Shown here: in pieces, positions 8,385 through 17,878 of the stretch
Position numbering within the stretch: position 1 is the stretch's first letter
Layout: each line of letters starts with the position of its first letter
Assembly: GCA_965204725.1 (NCBI GenBank)
Contig: OZ242005.1
Location: 5,024,001-5,088,000 of the forward strand
DNA: 64,000 nt
Reading direction: 5' to 3'
Origin: Candidatus Latescibacterota bacterium
GTDB lineage: Bacteria > Latescibacterota > UBA2968 > UBA8231
Position numbers and translations under genes: made by a program
Notes under the pieces: model-generated
Database searches by the model: none
What the model saw: only the letters and a program-made list of their open reading frames with translations
What the model was told of the DNA's origin: nothing

Positions 8385-11060
8385 ATGGCTCATCGGCTCG
8401 CGTTGGGCATGTTCTTGGGGGTGCTGGTGCTCGGCACTGACCTGCGGGCACTCGATACCCTGCGGGTGGGCAACAACGGCAACGTCTCTTGGGCTGGGCA
8501 GACCTTTGGCGCAGCCGTGCAGCCGCTCCCCGCCGAATACAAGGTCAGCCGGTTTTTCACCGAGGTCGGCAATGTCCCGGGCAACGTCATTGACTTGTCG
8601 AACCTAGCGGGGGTAAGCCCCCAAGTGCTGGTCAAGACCCTCATCCAAGCACCGCCCGACCTGCTCGCCGGCGAAGTGGCCTTGGCCGAAGAAAAGCTGC
8701 TAGACGCGCTCGCGTCCCTGCCGGGGATCACGGCGATCGCGCCTTCCCAGCGCGAGGGGCTCTCCCTGATTCGCATTGATCTTGCCGACGATGTTTCCCT
8801 TGACGAGACCGTGGCGCGAATCGTCGCGGCACTAGAGCCGGTGCGCTCGGCCGGCGTTGACCCGCTCATCCTGCCGGTCTTGTTAAGCCCGGATCACGTC
8901 GTCCGCGGCGAAAACGTGGCCCTGCGCGCCCTCGGGTGGGGCGGCGGCATTACGGCGCCGGCCATTAAGGATGTGCCCGCATCGCTGCTGGAGACGACCC
9001 TGCTGGAGCTCATCGAGCCGGGCGGGGCCGAAGACGCGTTTGCCCGCAAGGGAACCTTTGGGGCCTTGGGCACCTTTATCGTCCTCGACCTCGGCAGCCC
9101 CATTGGCATCAACCGCATCCGCTTCTATCCGCGCAACACCGTGCAGAGTGCTCCCCAATACCCCTTTCAGACGGATTTTATCCGCCAGTTTGAGTTGCTC
9201 GCGCACGACGGGCAAAACCTCGTCTTAGACGGCACGGGACGCCTCGTGCCCCAGCTCGACGACTTTGAGATGCTGCTCAAGACCTCAAACAACGAAGAAT
9301 CGGTCGTGGAAGTGGTGATTGACCCGGCCCAGACCGCGCGCTTTGTGCGCCTCAAATCCACGTCCTCCTTTCCCTATGAGCTCGACGAATTTGAGGTCTT
9401 TGGCGAGGGCTTTATCGGCACGAGCCGCTACATCTCCCCCGTGTACGACTTGGGCGCACCGGCCACTTGGGGGAACATAAGTTGGCGCGAAAGAACCGTG
9501 GATTTGCGCTCCCGCAGCAATCCAACCGACCCCGCGCCCCAAGTCAGTACCTGCCGCGTCGAATCTGCCGTGTTCACCACCCCGGACGCTGTCCCCAGCG
9601 ACTACGGCGACTGCGCCCCAACAGCGCGTTTTACCGCCGCCGGCTATACCAACGTATATGAGTGCTTCCAGACCCACTGCGGCGCGACCGTGCGGCCGGG
9701 CCGCCAGCAAAGCGCGGAGCCAACGGCCGGCGAATCCGCGCCCTCGCGAGGGAGTACCAGCGGCCTCTCCGAGATCATCGTCCGCACCCGCACCGGCACG
9801 GATCCGACCCCGGTGCTCTACAAGCGCGGCAACGTGCAGCGCGTGTCAGACGACCAGCTTTTCTCCTCCATAGACCGCCCCGGCGAACAACTCGGGCGCG
9901 ACGAATATCTCGATCTCGTGCCCGATCTCGAAGCCGTGCCCCCGCAGGTTTGGGGCAAGGGAGAAATCGAAGAGGACCTGCAAAATTGGAGTCCTTGGTC
10001 GTCGCCCCACCAAGGGGGAGAATGGGAGGGCGGGACGCCGGTTTTGTCGCCGGGGCCGCGGCGCTACATCCAGTTTTCGGTCGATTTTCTCAACCGCGAA
10101 ATCAACGCGACGAAGGCGTTGGAACAGCTAGCCATCGAATACCTGCTGCCGCCCATTGCCGAGGAACTCGTGGCCGAGATCTTCCCGCGGGAGGTGGAAG
10201 TCTTTGAGCCGGTGGATTTTACCTATGCCGTGCGCGCTAAAATGGAGTTCGCCGGGGTCAAGGGGTTCGACACCTTTGAGTTGCTCACCTCGAACCGAGT
10301 GCTGGGCATCGACAAGATCGAGATATGGGAACTGCCCGACCGCCTCGTGGCCGAGCAGGCCCTGAACGCCGACATCGTGACCGCGGCCAACGGCCAAGCC
10401 GCCGTGCAGACGCCCGACGGCACCCAACACGCCTTGCCCTATACCGTAGAGGCGGCCGACGGCGGCTCGTTTGTCATCCAAGCGGTAACTGAGCGCAACG
10501 CGATCGTGCGCTTTCCCCAAATCACTCGCCCCCCCGACGGCGGCCAGATGCTGCTAAAGATCAAGTTCCGCGGGCGCGTGTTGCTGTATAGCACCTTGTT
10601 CCGCGGGCAGGCCGTACTCTCGTCGCAGGCCGGTAGCATCCAGCGCATCTCCGCGGGCAACGCCGACTTCTTAGGGGAATCCGACCTGCCCACGGACTCT
10701 GGCATCACCGTGTTGAGCCCAGACATCAACGAGGGCGATCTGTTCGGCTCTTTTGCCATTGAGCCGAGCGTGTTCACCCCCAATGGCGACGACGTCAACG
10801 ACGCCGCGACCATTGGCTACGACATCCTCGCCGTGACCCGCCCCACCGCCGTAGAAGTGCATGTCTTCGACCTGTCCGGCCGTCTCGTAAGGCCGCTCTA
10901 CGCAGGCGCGGCCCTGAGCGGTCACTACGACCACCTGTCGTGGGACGGGCGCGATGCCAACGGCAATCGGGTGCCGCCGGGACTGTACTTGGTATCGCTC
11001 TCAGTCAATGGCGATGCGCGTCAGACGCACCGGGTGCGCTCGGTAGGCGTGGCGTATTGA
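8385..11060 (+). CDS. Large secreted protein with C-terminal FlgD Ig-like / FTPNGDG domain (paralog 2)
   Basis: Signal peptide, INRIRFYPR, RTRTG, WSPWS, SPGPRRYIQ, VFTPNGDDVND, FDLSGRLV, WDGRD, ends GVAY. Confidence 0.8.
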   Translation: MAHRLALGMFLGVLVLGTDLRALDTLRVGNNGNVSWAGQTFGAAVQPLPAEYKVSRFFTEVGNVPGNVIDLSNLAGVSPQVLVKTLIQAPPDLLAGEVALAEEKLLDALASLPGITAIAPSQREGLSLIRIDLADDVSLDETVARIVAALEPVRSAGVDPLILPVLLSPDHVVRGENVALRALGWGGGITAPAIKDVPASLLETTLLELIEPGGAEDAFARKGTFGALGTFIVLDLGSPIGINRIRFYPRNTVQSAPQYPFQTDFIRQFELLAHDGQNLVLDGTGRLVPQLDDFEMLLKTSNNEESVVEVVIDPAQTARFVRLKSTSSFPYELDEFEVFGEGFIGTSRYISPVYDLGAPATWGNISWRERTVDLRSRSNPTDPAPQVSTCRVESAVFTTPDAVPSDYGDCAPTARFTAAGYTNVYECFQTHCGATVRPGRQQSAEPTAGESAPSRGSTSGLSEIIVRTRTGTDPTPVLYKRGNVQRVSDDQLFSSIDRPGEQLGRDEYLDLVPDLEAVPPQVWGKGEIEEDLQNWSPWSSPHQGGEWEGGTPVLSPGPRRYIQFSVDFLNREINATKALEQLAIEYLLPPIAEELVAEIFPREVEVFEPVDFTYAVRAKMEFAGVKGFDTFELLTSNRVLGIDKIEIWELPDRLVAEQALNADIVTAANGQAAVQTPDGTQHALPYTVEAADGGSFVIQAVTERNAIVRFPQITRPPDGGQMLLKIKFRGRVLLYSTLFRGQAVLSSQAGSIQRISAGNADFLGESDLPTDSGITVLSPDINEGDLFGSFAIEPSVFTPNGDDVNDAATIGYDILAVTRPTAVEVHVFDLSGRLVRPLYAGAALSGHYDHLSWDGRDANGNRVPPGLYLVSLSVNGDARQTHRVRSVGVAY

Positions 11061-11066
11061 GGAAAT

Positions 11067-11303
11067 ATGCCTACGGTACTGAGGGAAGGTCCCTATCGCT
11101 TTTACTTTTTATCCGGAGATCGAGACGAACCACCGCACGTTCATGTGCAGCGAGATAATGGCTTTGCCAAGTTTTGGCTGAATCCCGTACAATTGCAAAA
11201 AAGCGACAACTTTACCGCAAGGGAACGTCGCATCATTCACAGGATGGTTGAACAGAATCAAGCAGCATTTCTGGAGGCTTGGTATGACTACTTCGATGAT
11301 TGA
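11067..11303 (+). CDS. DUF4160 protein (putative HicA-like toxin)
   Basis: MPTVLREGPYRFYF..EPPHVHV..AKFWL signature. Confidence 0.85.
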   Translation: MPTVLREGPYRFYFLSGDRDEPPHVHVQRDNGFAKFWLNPVQLQKSDNFTARERRIIHRMVEQNQAAFLEAWYDYFDD

Positions 11304-11625
11304 ATTAGAAGTGCCCGGTGCGAAGAACATCGCGGTTACAGAAGCTACGCTTACTGTCGAGCTCGCGGACGGCCGCATGATCTCCGTTCCGCTCGCTTGG
11401 TATCCGCGGCTCGTCCACGCAACACCGGCCGAACGCAACAATTGGGAACTGTGCGCTGCGAATCGCCACATTCACTGGGAAGATTTGGACGAGGACATTA
11501 GCGTGGAAGGGCTGTTGGCGGGGCGTCGATCCGGGGAGAGCGAGGCGTCGTTCAAACGCTGGCTCGAAGCGAAGCGAGCGGGACGGGACATCGCGCTCTA
11601 TAAACTCGGGCGCGACAAACGCTAG
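11296..11625 (+). CDS. DUF2442 protein (putative antitoxin)
   Basis: VELADGRMISVPLAWYPRL...IHWEDLDEDISVEGLL; overlaps DUF4160 gene. Confidence 0.85.
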   Translation: MIELEVPGAKNIAVTEATLTVELADGRMISVPLAWYPRLVHATPAERNNWELCAANRHIHWEDLDEDISVEGLLAGRRSGESEASFKRWLEAKRAGRDIALYKLGRDKR

Positions 11626-13823
11626 CGAATCCCCCCTTGCAACTGCTCCTCCCACTGCTTTCTAAGCCGCTCAAAAATCTCGGCCGAGCGTCCCTCTCGA
11701 TAGTACTCGGTAAACTGCTCTAAGTGCTTCACGCCTTGGGTCGTGTCCCCTAAAACCATGTACAAATGGCCGGCCAAGCGGTTGCCCTGATAGTGCGTTG
11801 GCTGAATCGCCAAAATGGCCTGCACCTGCTCCATGGCGGCCGCCGCACGGTGCTCGACGATGTACTGGGTGGCCAATAGCAAGCGGGCATTGACCGCGGC
11901 TGGGTCGTAGGCAATCGCTTGCTGCAAGTGGGCTTTGGCTTTCTCGGGTTGGTCGGCGAAGAAGAGCAAGCGAGCCAAGCGGTAGCGCGCGGCCGCGTGT
12001 AGCGAATCGGCCGCTAGGATCTGCCGGTATTCGGCGCGGGCTGCGGCCAAGCGGCCTAGCCGCTCGTATAGCTCGCCCAACTGAAAGCGCGCCTGTAGCG
12101 AATCCGGCTTGGCCGCGACTAGCGCGCTATACGCGACCGCGGCTTGCTGCAATTGCCCCAACTGAGCGTGTGCATAGCCGAGACGCCCGTAGAGGTCGGC
12201 AGTGTCCGCATCCTCGGCGCTCAACAAGCCCTTGTATGTTGCGATTGCCTCGGTGTAGCGGCCGGTCCGCAAATAGACATTGCCCAGCGCCAGCCGCGCT
12301 CGCGCAACTTCGGGAAAGCGACCAATGAATTCGCTGTATGCCGCAATGGCCCGGTCGTATTCGCCGCTTCGGGCGTACAGAGAAGCGAGGTTGAAACGCG
12401 CCCACTTGAGGCCCGGGTCGAGCGTCAGTGCTCTCTCGTAAACGGCTGTGGCATTGATCGGTAGCCCCTTTTTCTCATGCACATAGCCCAAGCGATAGTG
12501 CGTGTGGGCGTCGCCCTCCATGTTCATCGCCCCTACTTGGAAGTTGCACGCGACCGCCAACAAAAATGCGGCCCCGCAGCCGACGATCAGGTCGCGGTAC
12601 GCCCCTCGTCGATACAGCAGGTAAAGCTCCCGGCCACCGTAGGCGGCAAATATCAGCAGGATGGGCACTACGGGCAGGCGATAGCGGGCACTGACGAAAA
12701 AAGCCACCACCGTTAGCATGTACGCGCCGGCGAACAACGCCAGCAACAAGGGTTCGGGGCGGCGCAGCAAGCCGTTCCGATAGCTCAGCCCCAATCCCAC
12801 TAGCGAGAGCGGTGCCAGCAACCCAAAGGGGAATGCCACGCCGTACTTCCAAAGCAAGACTTGCAACAACGGCGCGTACTGGCGGGCAAAGTAGAGGTCT
12901 TGATTGCGGCCAATCTCATCGCCGTGCCAAAACAGATACAACTTGTACAGCAGCAGCTTTAGGTAGGCAACGGGCTGCTCGCGCATGAAATCCCAAGCCT
13001 CGGCAAAGAAAAAACGGGATTGGGCCGAAGGCTGGGTCGCGCCGGCCTCCACGCGCGGCCGAGCGGTTAGTTCTCCCCACGCCGGTCCCGGCTGAATCGC
13101 CACAGTCTCGTCGTACTGGGCGTTGTTGCCAATGTAAAAGTTGAGCCCCGCGTTGGAAGAAATGAGCACCCAATCGCCGCCCACGTAGTAGTTGCGTAAG
13201 GTGACCGGCGCGATGGCCAAAGCGGTTCCCAACAACAACACCGCCGCTCCGGCGAACTGGCCGCGTCGCACCCATACCAACCACAGCGCCGCCACCGGCA
13301 CAAACGCCAGCATATTAGCCACGCACAGCGCGGAAAGGCCGAAGAGGAACCCGGGCAACAGCAACCGCCGTTGCCGCCCCTCGACCGCCCACAACAACGC
13401 CCACAGCGCGAGCAGGTTTAAGGGCAGCGCGAGGGCTGGCGGCAGCAACTCGCCCTCGAAGAAAATGAAAGGCCCGTAGCAAGCGGCTAGCCCGGCCGCC
13501 CAATAGCCTACGGCCGGCGAAAAGACGCGCCCCAAGCGGAAAATCAGCAGGCACAGCGTGGCCCCCAGCGCGGCTTGGACCAAGCGCGGCAGGGTAAAAC
13601 TCGGCTCAAAAAGCGCGTAAAGCGCGCCGAGGAAATGCGGATAGAGCGGAGGTTGCCAAAAGGGCTGATCGCCGAAGTGGCCGAGGGCCATGGCCGCGGC
13701 CGCTTGGGTGTAAGTCTTGGCATCAACGAGGGGAAAATCGTAGAACGGGCTGCGCTGGCTCTGAAAGATGTACAACAGCCGCAGCGCGAAGGCCGCGCCC
13801 CAGACGAGCGCGAGTTTTGCCAC
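11622..13823 (-). CDS. GT-C (PMT_2/ArnT-like) membrane glycosyltransferase with C-terminal TPRs
   Basis: DAKTY, QPPLYP, multiple TM helices, NFYIGNN, ARYRLP, then TPR repeats. Confidence 0.85.
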   Translation of the reverse strand: MAKLALVWGAAFALRLLYIFQSQRSPFYDFPLVDAKTYTQAAAAMALGHFGDQPFWQPPLYPHFLGALYALFEPSFTLPRLVQAALGATLCLLIFRLGRVFSPAVGYWAAGLAACYGPFIFFEGELLPPALALPLNLLALWALLWAVEGRQRRLLLPGFLFGLSALCVANMLAFVPVAALWLVWVRRGQFAGAAVLLLGTALAIAPVTLRNYYVGGDWVLISSNAGLNFYIGNNAQYDETVAIQPGPAWGELTARPRVEAGATQPSAQSRFFFAEAWDFMREQPVAYLKLLLYKLYLFWHGDEIGRNQDLYFARQYAPLLQVLLWKYGVAFPFGLLAPLSLVGLGLSYRNGLLRRPEPLLLALFAGAYMLTVVAFFVSARYRLPVVPILLIFAAYGGRELYLLYRRGAYRDLIVGCGAAFLLAVACNFQVGAMNMEGDAHTHYRLGYVHEKKGLPINATAVYERALTLDPGLKWARFNLASLYARSGEYDRAIAAYSEFIGRFPEVARARLALGNVYLRTGRYTEAIATYKGLLSAEDADTADLYGRLGYAHAQLGQLQQAAVAYSALVAAKPDSLQARFQLGELYERLGRLAAARAEYRQILAADSLHAAARYRLARLLFFADQPEKAKAHLQQAIAYDPAAVNARLLLATQYIVEHRAAAAMEQVQAILAIQPTHYQGNRLAGHLYMVLGDTTQGVKHLEQFTEYYREGRSAEIFERLRKQWEEQLQGGIR

Positions 13824-13827
13824 TGCT

Positions 13828-16536
13828 CTATATACCCAAGCCAGCGTACACTGTGATAAAGCCCTCGGTCACGGTGCGGGTTTTGATGTCTGGGTCTTCA
13901 AAGTCGCGGGCGTCGAACTTGAGGCCGACCTGCGTGGTCAGCACGTAGCCTTGGTATTCGGCCACATTGGTTACTTGGCCGGCTGTGATGAAGGACTGGA
14001 AGTTGTTGATCTCGGCCTCCAGATCCCGAAACAGCACGTATTCGACGCCGGTCGCAAGGGTCGTGCGACGCATCAGGGGCAGTTCTACGACCACGCCCAG
14101 TATCTCGGTCAGTTCGGTGCGATTGGCTTGGGTAAACAGGTCGTAGGTCTGGCGGCGGTATTCGCTTTTCCAGCGCGGCAACACCCGCAGCCGCGACAAC
14201 TCGACGAGGTAGTCGGCCTTGTTGATGACGCCTAAGAAAAACTCGTCGTCGTCCAAGCCGAACTGGGTGCGCGCCGCTTGGCCGAGGCGCTGGTGCCACA
14301 GGTCGTATTTGAGCGAATTTTTGATCGTCAAATCCGCGAGCGGCGCGTACGTGTGGCCGATGTACAGGGAATTGTTGAGCGCGTCGCGGGCCAACAGCGG
14401 GTCTAGCACCTCCACGTTGCGGGAGTCGCGCAACGTGTTGCGGTTGTCCCACTGGATTAGGTCGTCGGGAATGTCGTCCGCTACGCTTTTGAGCACTTCC
14501 ATGACCTTGAGCCGCCCCCAATTCGGGTGATCTAAATCGACGGTCAGCACGCCGTAGGTGGCGCGGTTGCGCTGGTCGGAGGTAATCCGCTCCTCGCGCA
14601 AATGCCCGATGGTGGCGCGGATTTCCGGGGTGATGTTGGCGCCGGCATACACGTTGAAACCGCGGCGGTCGCGCTTGTAGGGAAAGTCTGGCTCGTTGTC
14701 GTTTTCAAAGCGATCGACCCAGCCGTTGTTGTTGGCGTCAATGCCGTAGAGAAATTCGGGCCGATCGACGTGTTGGCGGAGAAAAGGCTCCTCGTAGTCT
14801 GGAATCAGATTGATGACGCGACCGTTGTCGTTTTGGTTGAAGTCGGGAATGAAATCGTTGTTTTCGTCCCACCCCGGAAAGACGGCGCGGTCGACCGACA
14901 GGGCGTCGTTGCGGCCCCAATCTGGGATGCGGTCTTGATCGTCGTTATCCTCGACGAATTCGACCAAGAACCGCTCGTTGCTGCCCGGGTTGTGGTCGGC
15001 AAAATAGCCGGAATTGTAGTCGATGAAGCCGTCCTGCTCGCTGATGTACGTGGAGGTGGCGTAATCCGGGTCCATGCGGAATGCCTCGGCAAAAAAGAAA
15101 TACGGCTCGGCGCGCTTCCACAGGTTGAACATGAAGGCGTCGGCCGAGGGCTTGGCGGACGTACCCGACGAGGTGCTGTGATCGGTATTGCCTTGGTCGG
15201 CACTCGGATAGGGATACTTGCGATACGTGCGGCTGTTGTCCCATTCGCCGTACAAGTGAAAGCCCTTGACGTCTTCCAACGCGAGCGTGAACCCAAATAT
15301 CTGCGTCGCGGTGGGCAGGCCGTACTCAAACGAAACGACCCGCAGATTGGTGTTGTCCTTGACGTTGCCCGGGGCGCGGGTGACCATCAGGAAGATGGGG
15401 TCGTTGCTGCGGCCGGTTTGGCGGTTGGATGTGGCCTGCACTTTGTAGTCGTTGCCCAGCACCAAGTCGAACTGGACCTTGCGAATCTGCGATTTGTCCT
15501 GCGACGCGACCAACAAAAAATCCGCGCTGTTGAAGTCGTAGCGCAGGCGGATTTGCTCGTTGCCGTCGGCCGAGATAAACCCCTCCTGCGGGAAGCCGCC
15601 TTCGACGACCGGTTCAAACCCAATTTCTCGGCCGCGGTCCACGCTGCCGTCCAAGTAGGTGATGATGATGTCCGAGCCCGCGCGGAAAAACGCCGCGCCG
15701 CCCTCGCCATCGGCCGGCGAGTCGTCGCTGAGCAAAATTTCGATCCAAGCGATGGCTTCGTTCTTTTGATCTACGGTCAGTTCGCCGGCGAGGGGATTGC
15801 CGCCGAAGCCGTCGGTGAGGGTATTCGATTGGTGGGCGTTGACAAAATTGAACCCCAACGTGGTGAAATCGCCCACCTGAACGGTGGTGCGCCCCCCCAT
15901 TAGCGTGGTGTTGTTGGTGCGGTTGATGCCCTCGACGTTGGTGCCCGAGCCGCCCGATTCGCTCAGCCGCGAATACAGGAAGGTGAGCAAGTATTTGTCC
16001 GTGGCAAAGTCGAACTGGACCCCGTCGAAATCGGGCTTGGAAAAGGTCATGGGCGTCAGGGTGGTGCGGATGCCGTTGCCAATGGTGAGGGCGTAGTGGT
16101 ACTCGCCGATGGAGTCTGAAGCGATGAGCAGGCTGTTGAACCAAGTGCCAAAGCGGTCGTCCTTGAACAGCTCGTTGCCGCGCTGCAAAGGCTGGCTCTG
16201 GCTGTTGTTGAAGATGAGCCAGCCGCGATTGACGAAATTGCCAAAGAAGTCGTAGAAATAGCTGCCCTCCAATGCCACATCGACGTAGCGCTGGTAGGGC
16301 GTGCGGGCGTAGTTGGAGTACTCCCATTGCCGCCAGCGGTACTCGTTGAAGAGCTCCTGCGGGATGTACCACTTTTTTATGGCCGGGTCTATTGCATCAA
16401 AAAGAACGCCCGAACCTTGTGGCTCAAACGTGGTCCGGCCACCGCGCTGGACGCCCAGCCGACGACCGTAGTCTTGGGCTAGGGCCGCGCTAGCTAAAAG
16501 ACAAAACAAAAGCGCGATAAAAAAAGACGTTTTCAT
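13828..16536 (-). CDS. Large secreted/outer-membrane protein with acidic Ca-binding-like repeats
   Basis: Signal peptide ending ALA-Q, DNDDQDRIPD / DENNDFIPD / DANNNGWVD motifs, amphipathic beta-strand-like C-terminus (FITVYAGL). Confidence 0.7.
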   Translation of the reverse strand: MKTSFFIALLFCLLASAALAQDYGRRLGVQRGGRTTFEPQGSGVLFDAIDPAIKKWYIPQELFNEYRWRQWEYSNYARTPYQRYVDVALEGSYFYDFFGNFVNRGWLIFNNSQSQPLQRGNELFKDDRFGTWFNSLLIASDSIGEYHYALTIGNGIRTTLTPMTFSKPDFDGVQFDFATDKYLLTFLYSRLSESGGSGTNVEGINRTNNTTLMGGRTTVQVGDFTTLGFNFVNAHQSNTLTDGFGGNPLAGELTVDQKNEAIAWIEILLSDDSPADGEGGAAFFRAGSDIIITYLDGSVDRGREIGFEPVVEGGFPQEGFISADGNEQIRLRYDFNSADFLLVASQDKSQIRKVQFDLVLGNDYKVQATSNRQTGRSNDPIFLMVTRAPGNVKDNTNLRVVSFEYGLPTATQIFGFTLALEDVKGFHLYGEWDNSRTYRKYPYPSADQGNTDHSTSSGTSAKPSADAFMFNLWKRAEPYFFFAEAFRMDPDYATSTYISEQDGFIDYNSGYFADHNPGSNERFLVEFVEDNDDQDRIPDWGRNDALSVDRAVFPGWDENNDFIPDFNQNDNGRVINLIPDYEEPFLRQHVDRPEFLYGIDANNNGWVDRFENDNEPDFPYKRDRRGFNVYAGANITPEIRATIGHLREERITSDQRNRATYGVLTVDLDHPNWGRLKVMEVLKSVADDIPDDLIQWDNRNTLRDSRNVEVLDPLLARDALNNSLYIGHTYAPLADLTIKNSLKYDLWHQRLGQAARTQFGLDDDEFFLGVINKADYLVELSRLRVLPRWKSEYRRQTYDLFTQANRTELTEILGVVVELPLMRRTTLATGVEYVLFRDLEAEINNFQSFITAGQVTNVAEYQGYVLTTQVGLKFDARDFEDPDIKTRTVTEGFITVYAGLGI

Positions 16537-16559
16537 ACCGGGCTCCTTGAAAGCATTTT

Positions 16560-16730
16560 TTATATTTGCGAATCTGTAAGCTGAGGAGTTTGGGAGAAGT
16601 CAACAACCTTAAACCCATGCTCCTGCTCTTTCTGTCGCAACGCTGTTGCCAAGCGATCAAGATCATATTCAAATTCCCGAGCCAGTTCGTCTTTTGCTTT
16701 CCATACGTCTTCGATTATTTCGTTTTTCAT
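16560..16730 (-). CDS. Small hypothetical protein, orphan antitoxin-like
   Basis: MKNEIIEDVWKAKDELAREFEYDLDRL resembles small proteins usually found next to PIN genes; AT-rich relative to neighbours. Confidence 0.55.
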   Translation of the reverse strand: MKNEIIEDVWKAKDELAREFEYDLDRLATALRQKEQEHGFKVVDFSQTPQLTDSQI

Positions 16731-16821
16731 CTCAGCCACTTTTCTAAAAAAATAAGGCGATGAGCTAGCCAAGCCCATCGCCTGTACATCTAAACCGAAT
16801 GCCGAGTCGAGCCAGCAGGGC

Positions 16822-17733
16822 CTAGTGGTTGAACTCGGTTTTGATGCGGCCCCAAGTGCTCGATTCAACGGACGTGGTGGGGGCGGCGCCCCAGTCGATG
16901 TCGTCGTCGAGCTCGTTCATCACCATGTCGTTGTCGGCGCGGCAGCAGCCATTGGGCGAAATCGACCAGAAGCCCTGATAGTCTTCGAGGGCGGCCCCGC
17001 CGGGAATGTCGAAGTCGCCGAAGGTCCAGCTAATAGCGATGATCTGGCCTTCTTCGAGGTCGGTCTCTTCGGCCGCCTCGCGGTCGCCATCGTCGGGAAT
17101 GAAGTCGAAGGGACGAATCCACGCCTCGTAGAAATACGTGCTCTCGCCGAACTCTTCTCCCTCAAACGTGTACGCAAACTTCCAAGCGTCGTTGTTGTCG
17201 GGGTCGAGGACCCAGTCAAACGGGGGATTGTACCCGCCCCACGCGCCAGCCGTCGGCGGCATGGACCAGTTGTACCCTATCTTGAGGATGCCGCCTTCTT
17301 GCCCAGGGGCGTGGCCACCGCCGCCTTCTACCTCGGGGTGGGTCGGCGACACATAGACTTCCCAAGCGTCGTCGGACCACCAAGCATTTGGCTCTTCGGC
17401 GTCGCGGGTGTGGACGTTGTCGAAGACCTCGGCCATGAAATAGAGCAGGTTGGTGTTGTCGTTCCAGCCGACAATCTGCCGCACGCTCAGGTCGCTTACG
17501 TCGATCTCGCCGCGCGCCTTGCTGTACACCGAATCCGAATACCTGTCGTTGCCGACTTCGTACGGGATTTGGGGCACGGCGGCCCAATCGGCGTGATTGC
17601 CGTCGATGACCGGGATGTTTTCGTCTGGGAACTGTACGGCGAACAGGAGCTCGCCGGGCGGAAAGTGAGCCAGAGCCGGTAGCGAAACCACCGCGGCGAG
17701 TAGGGCACTTACTAGCGTTTTGCGCATCGCCAT
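16822..17733 (-). CDS. Secreted acidic protein, CBM9/DOMON-like, with C-terminal TSVESSTWGRIK motif
   Basis: Signal peptide, PVIDGNHADW, VGWND..LYFMAEVFD, DAWEVYV; RBS AAGGAG. Confidence 0.7.
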   Translation of the reverse strand: MAMRKTLVSALLAAVVSLPALAHFPPGELLFAVQFPDENIPVIDGNHADWAAVPQIPYEVGNDRYSDSVYSKARGEIDVSDLSVRQIVGWNDNTNLLYFMAEVFDNVHTRDAEEPNAWWSDDAWEVYVSPTHPEVEGGGGHAPGQEGGILKIGYNWSMPPTAGAWGGYNPPFDWVLDPDNNDAWKFAYTFEGEEFGESTYFYEAWIRPFDFIPDDGDREAAEETDLEEGQIIAISWTFGDFDIPGGAALEDYQGFWSISPNGCCRADNDMVMNELDDDIDWGAAPTTSVESSTWGRIKTEFNH

Positions 17734-17878
17734 CTCCTTGTGAATTGGCGTGAATAGAAGTGCTTATGTCGCGCCTCAAGGTACTCCCAACAACATGCAA
17801 AGTCAAGCATCTTTTTCTCCGTACCGCCGCGCTCGTAACCGCCGTTGGCTAAGAGGTAATTCCTTGTTATCAAAGGCT

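Noticed and set aside
14602-15903. 433-aa plus-strand ORF
   Set aside because: Antisense shadow of the 902-aa gene, expected in high-GC coding DNA; no motifs
16825-17682. 285-aa plus-strand ORF
   Set aside because: Antisense shadow of the signal-peptide-bearing gene at 16822-17733
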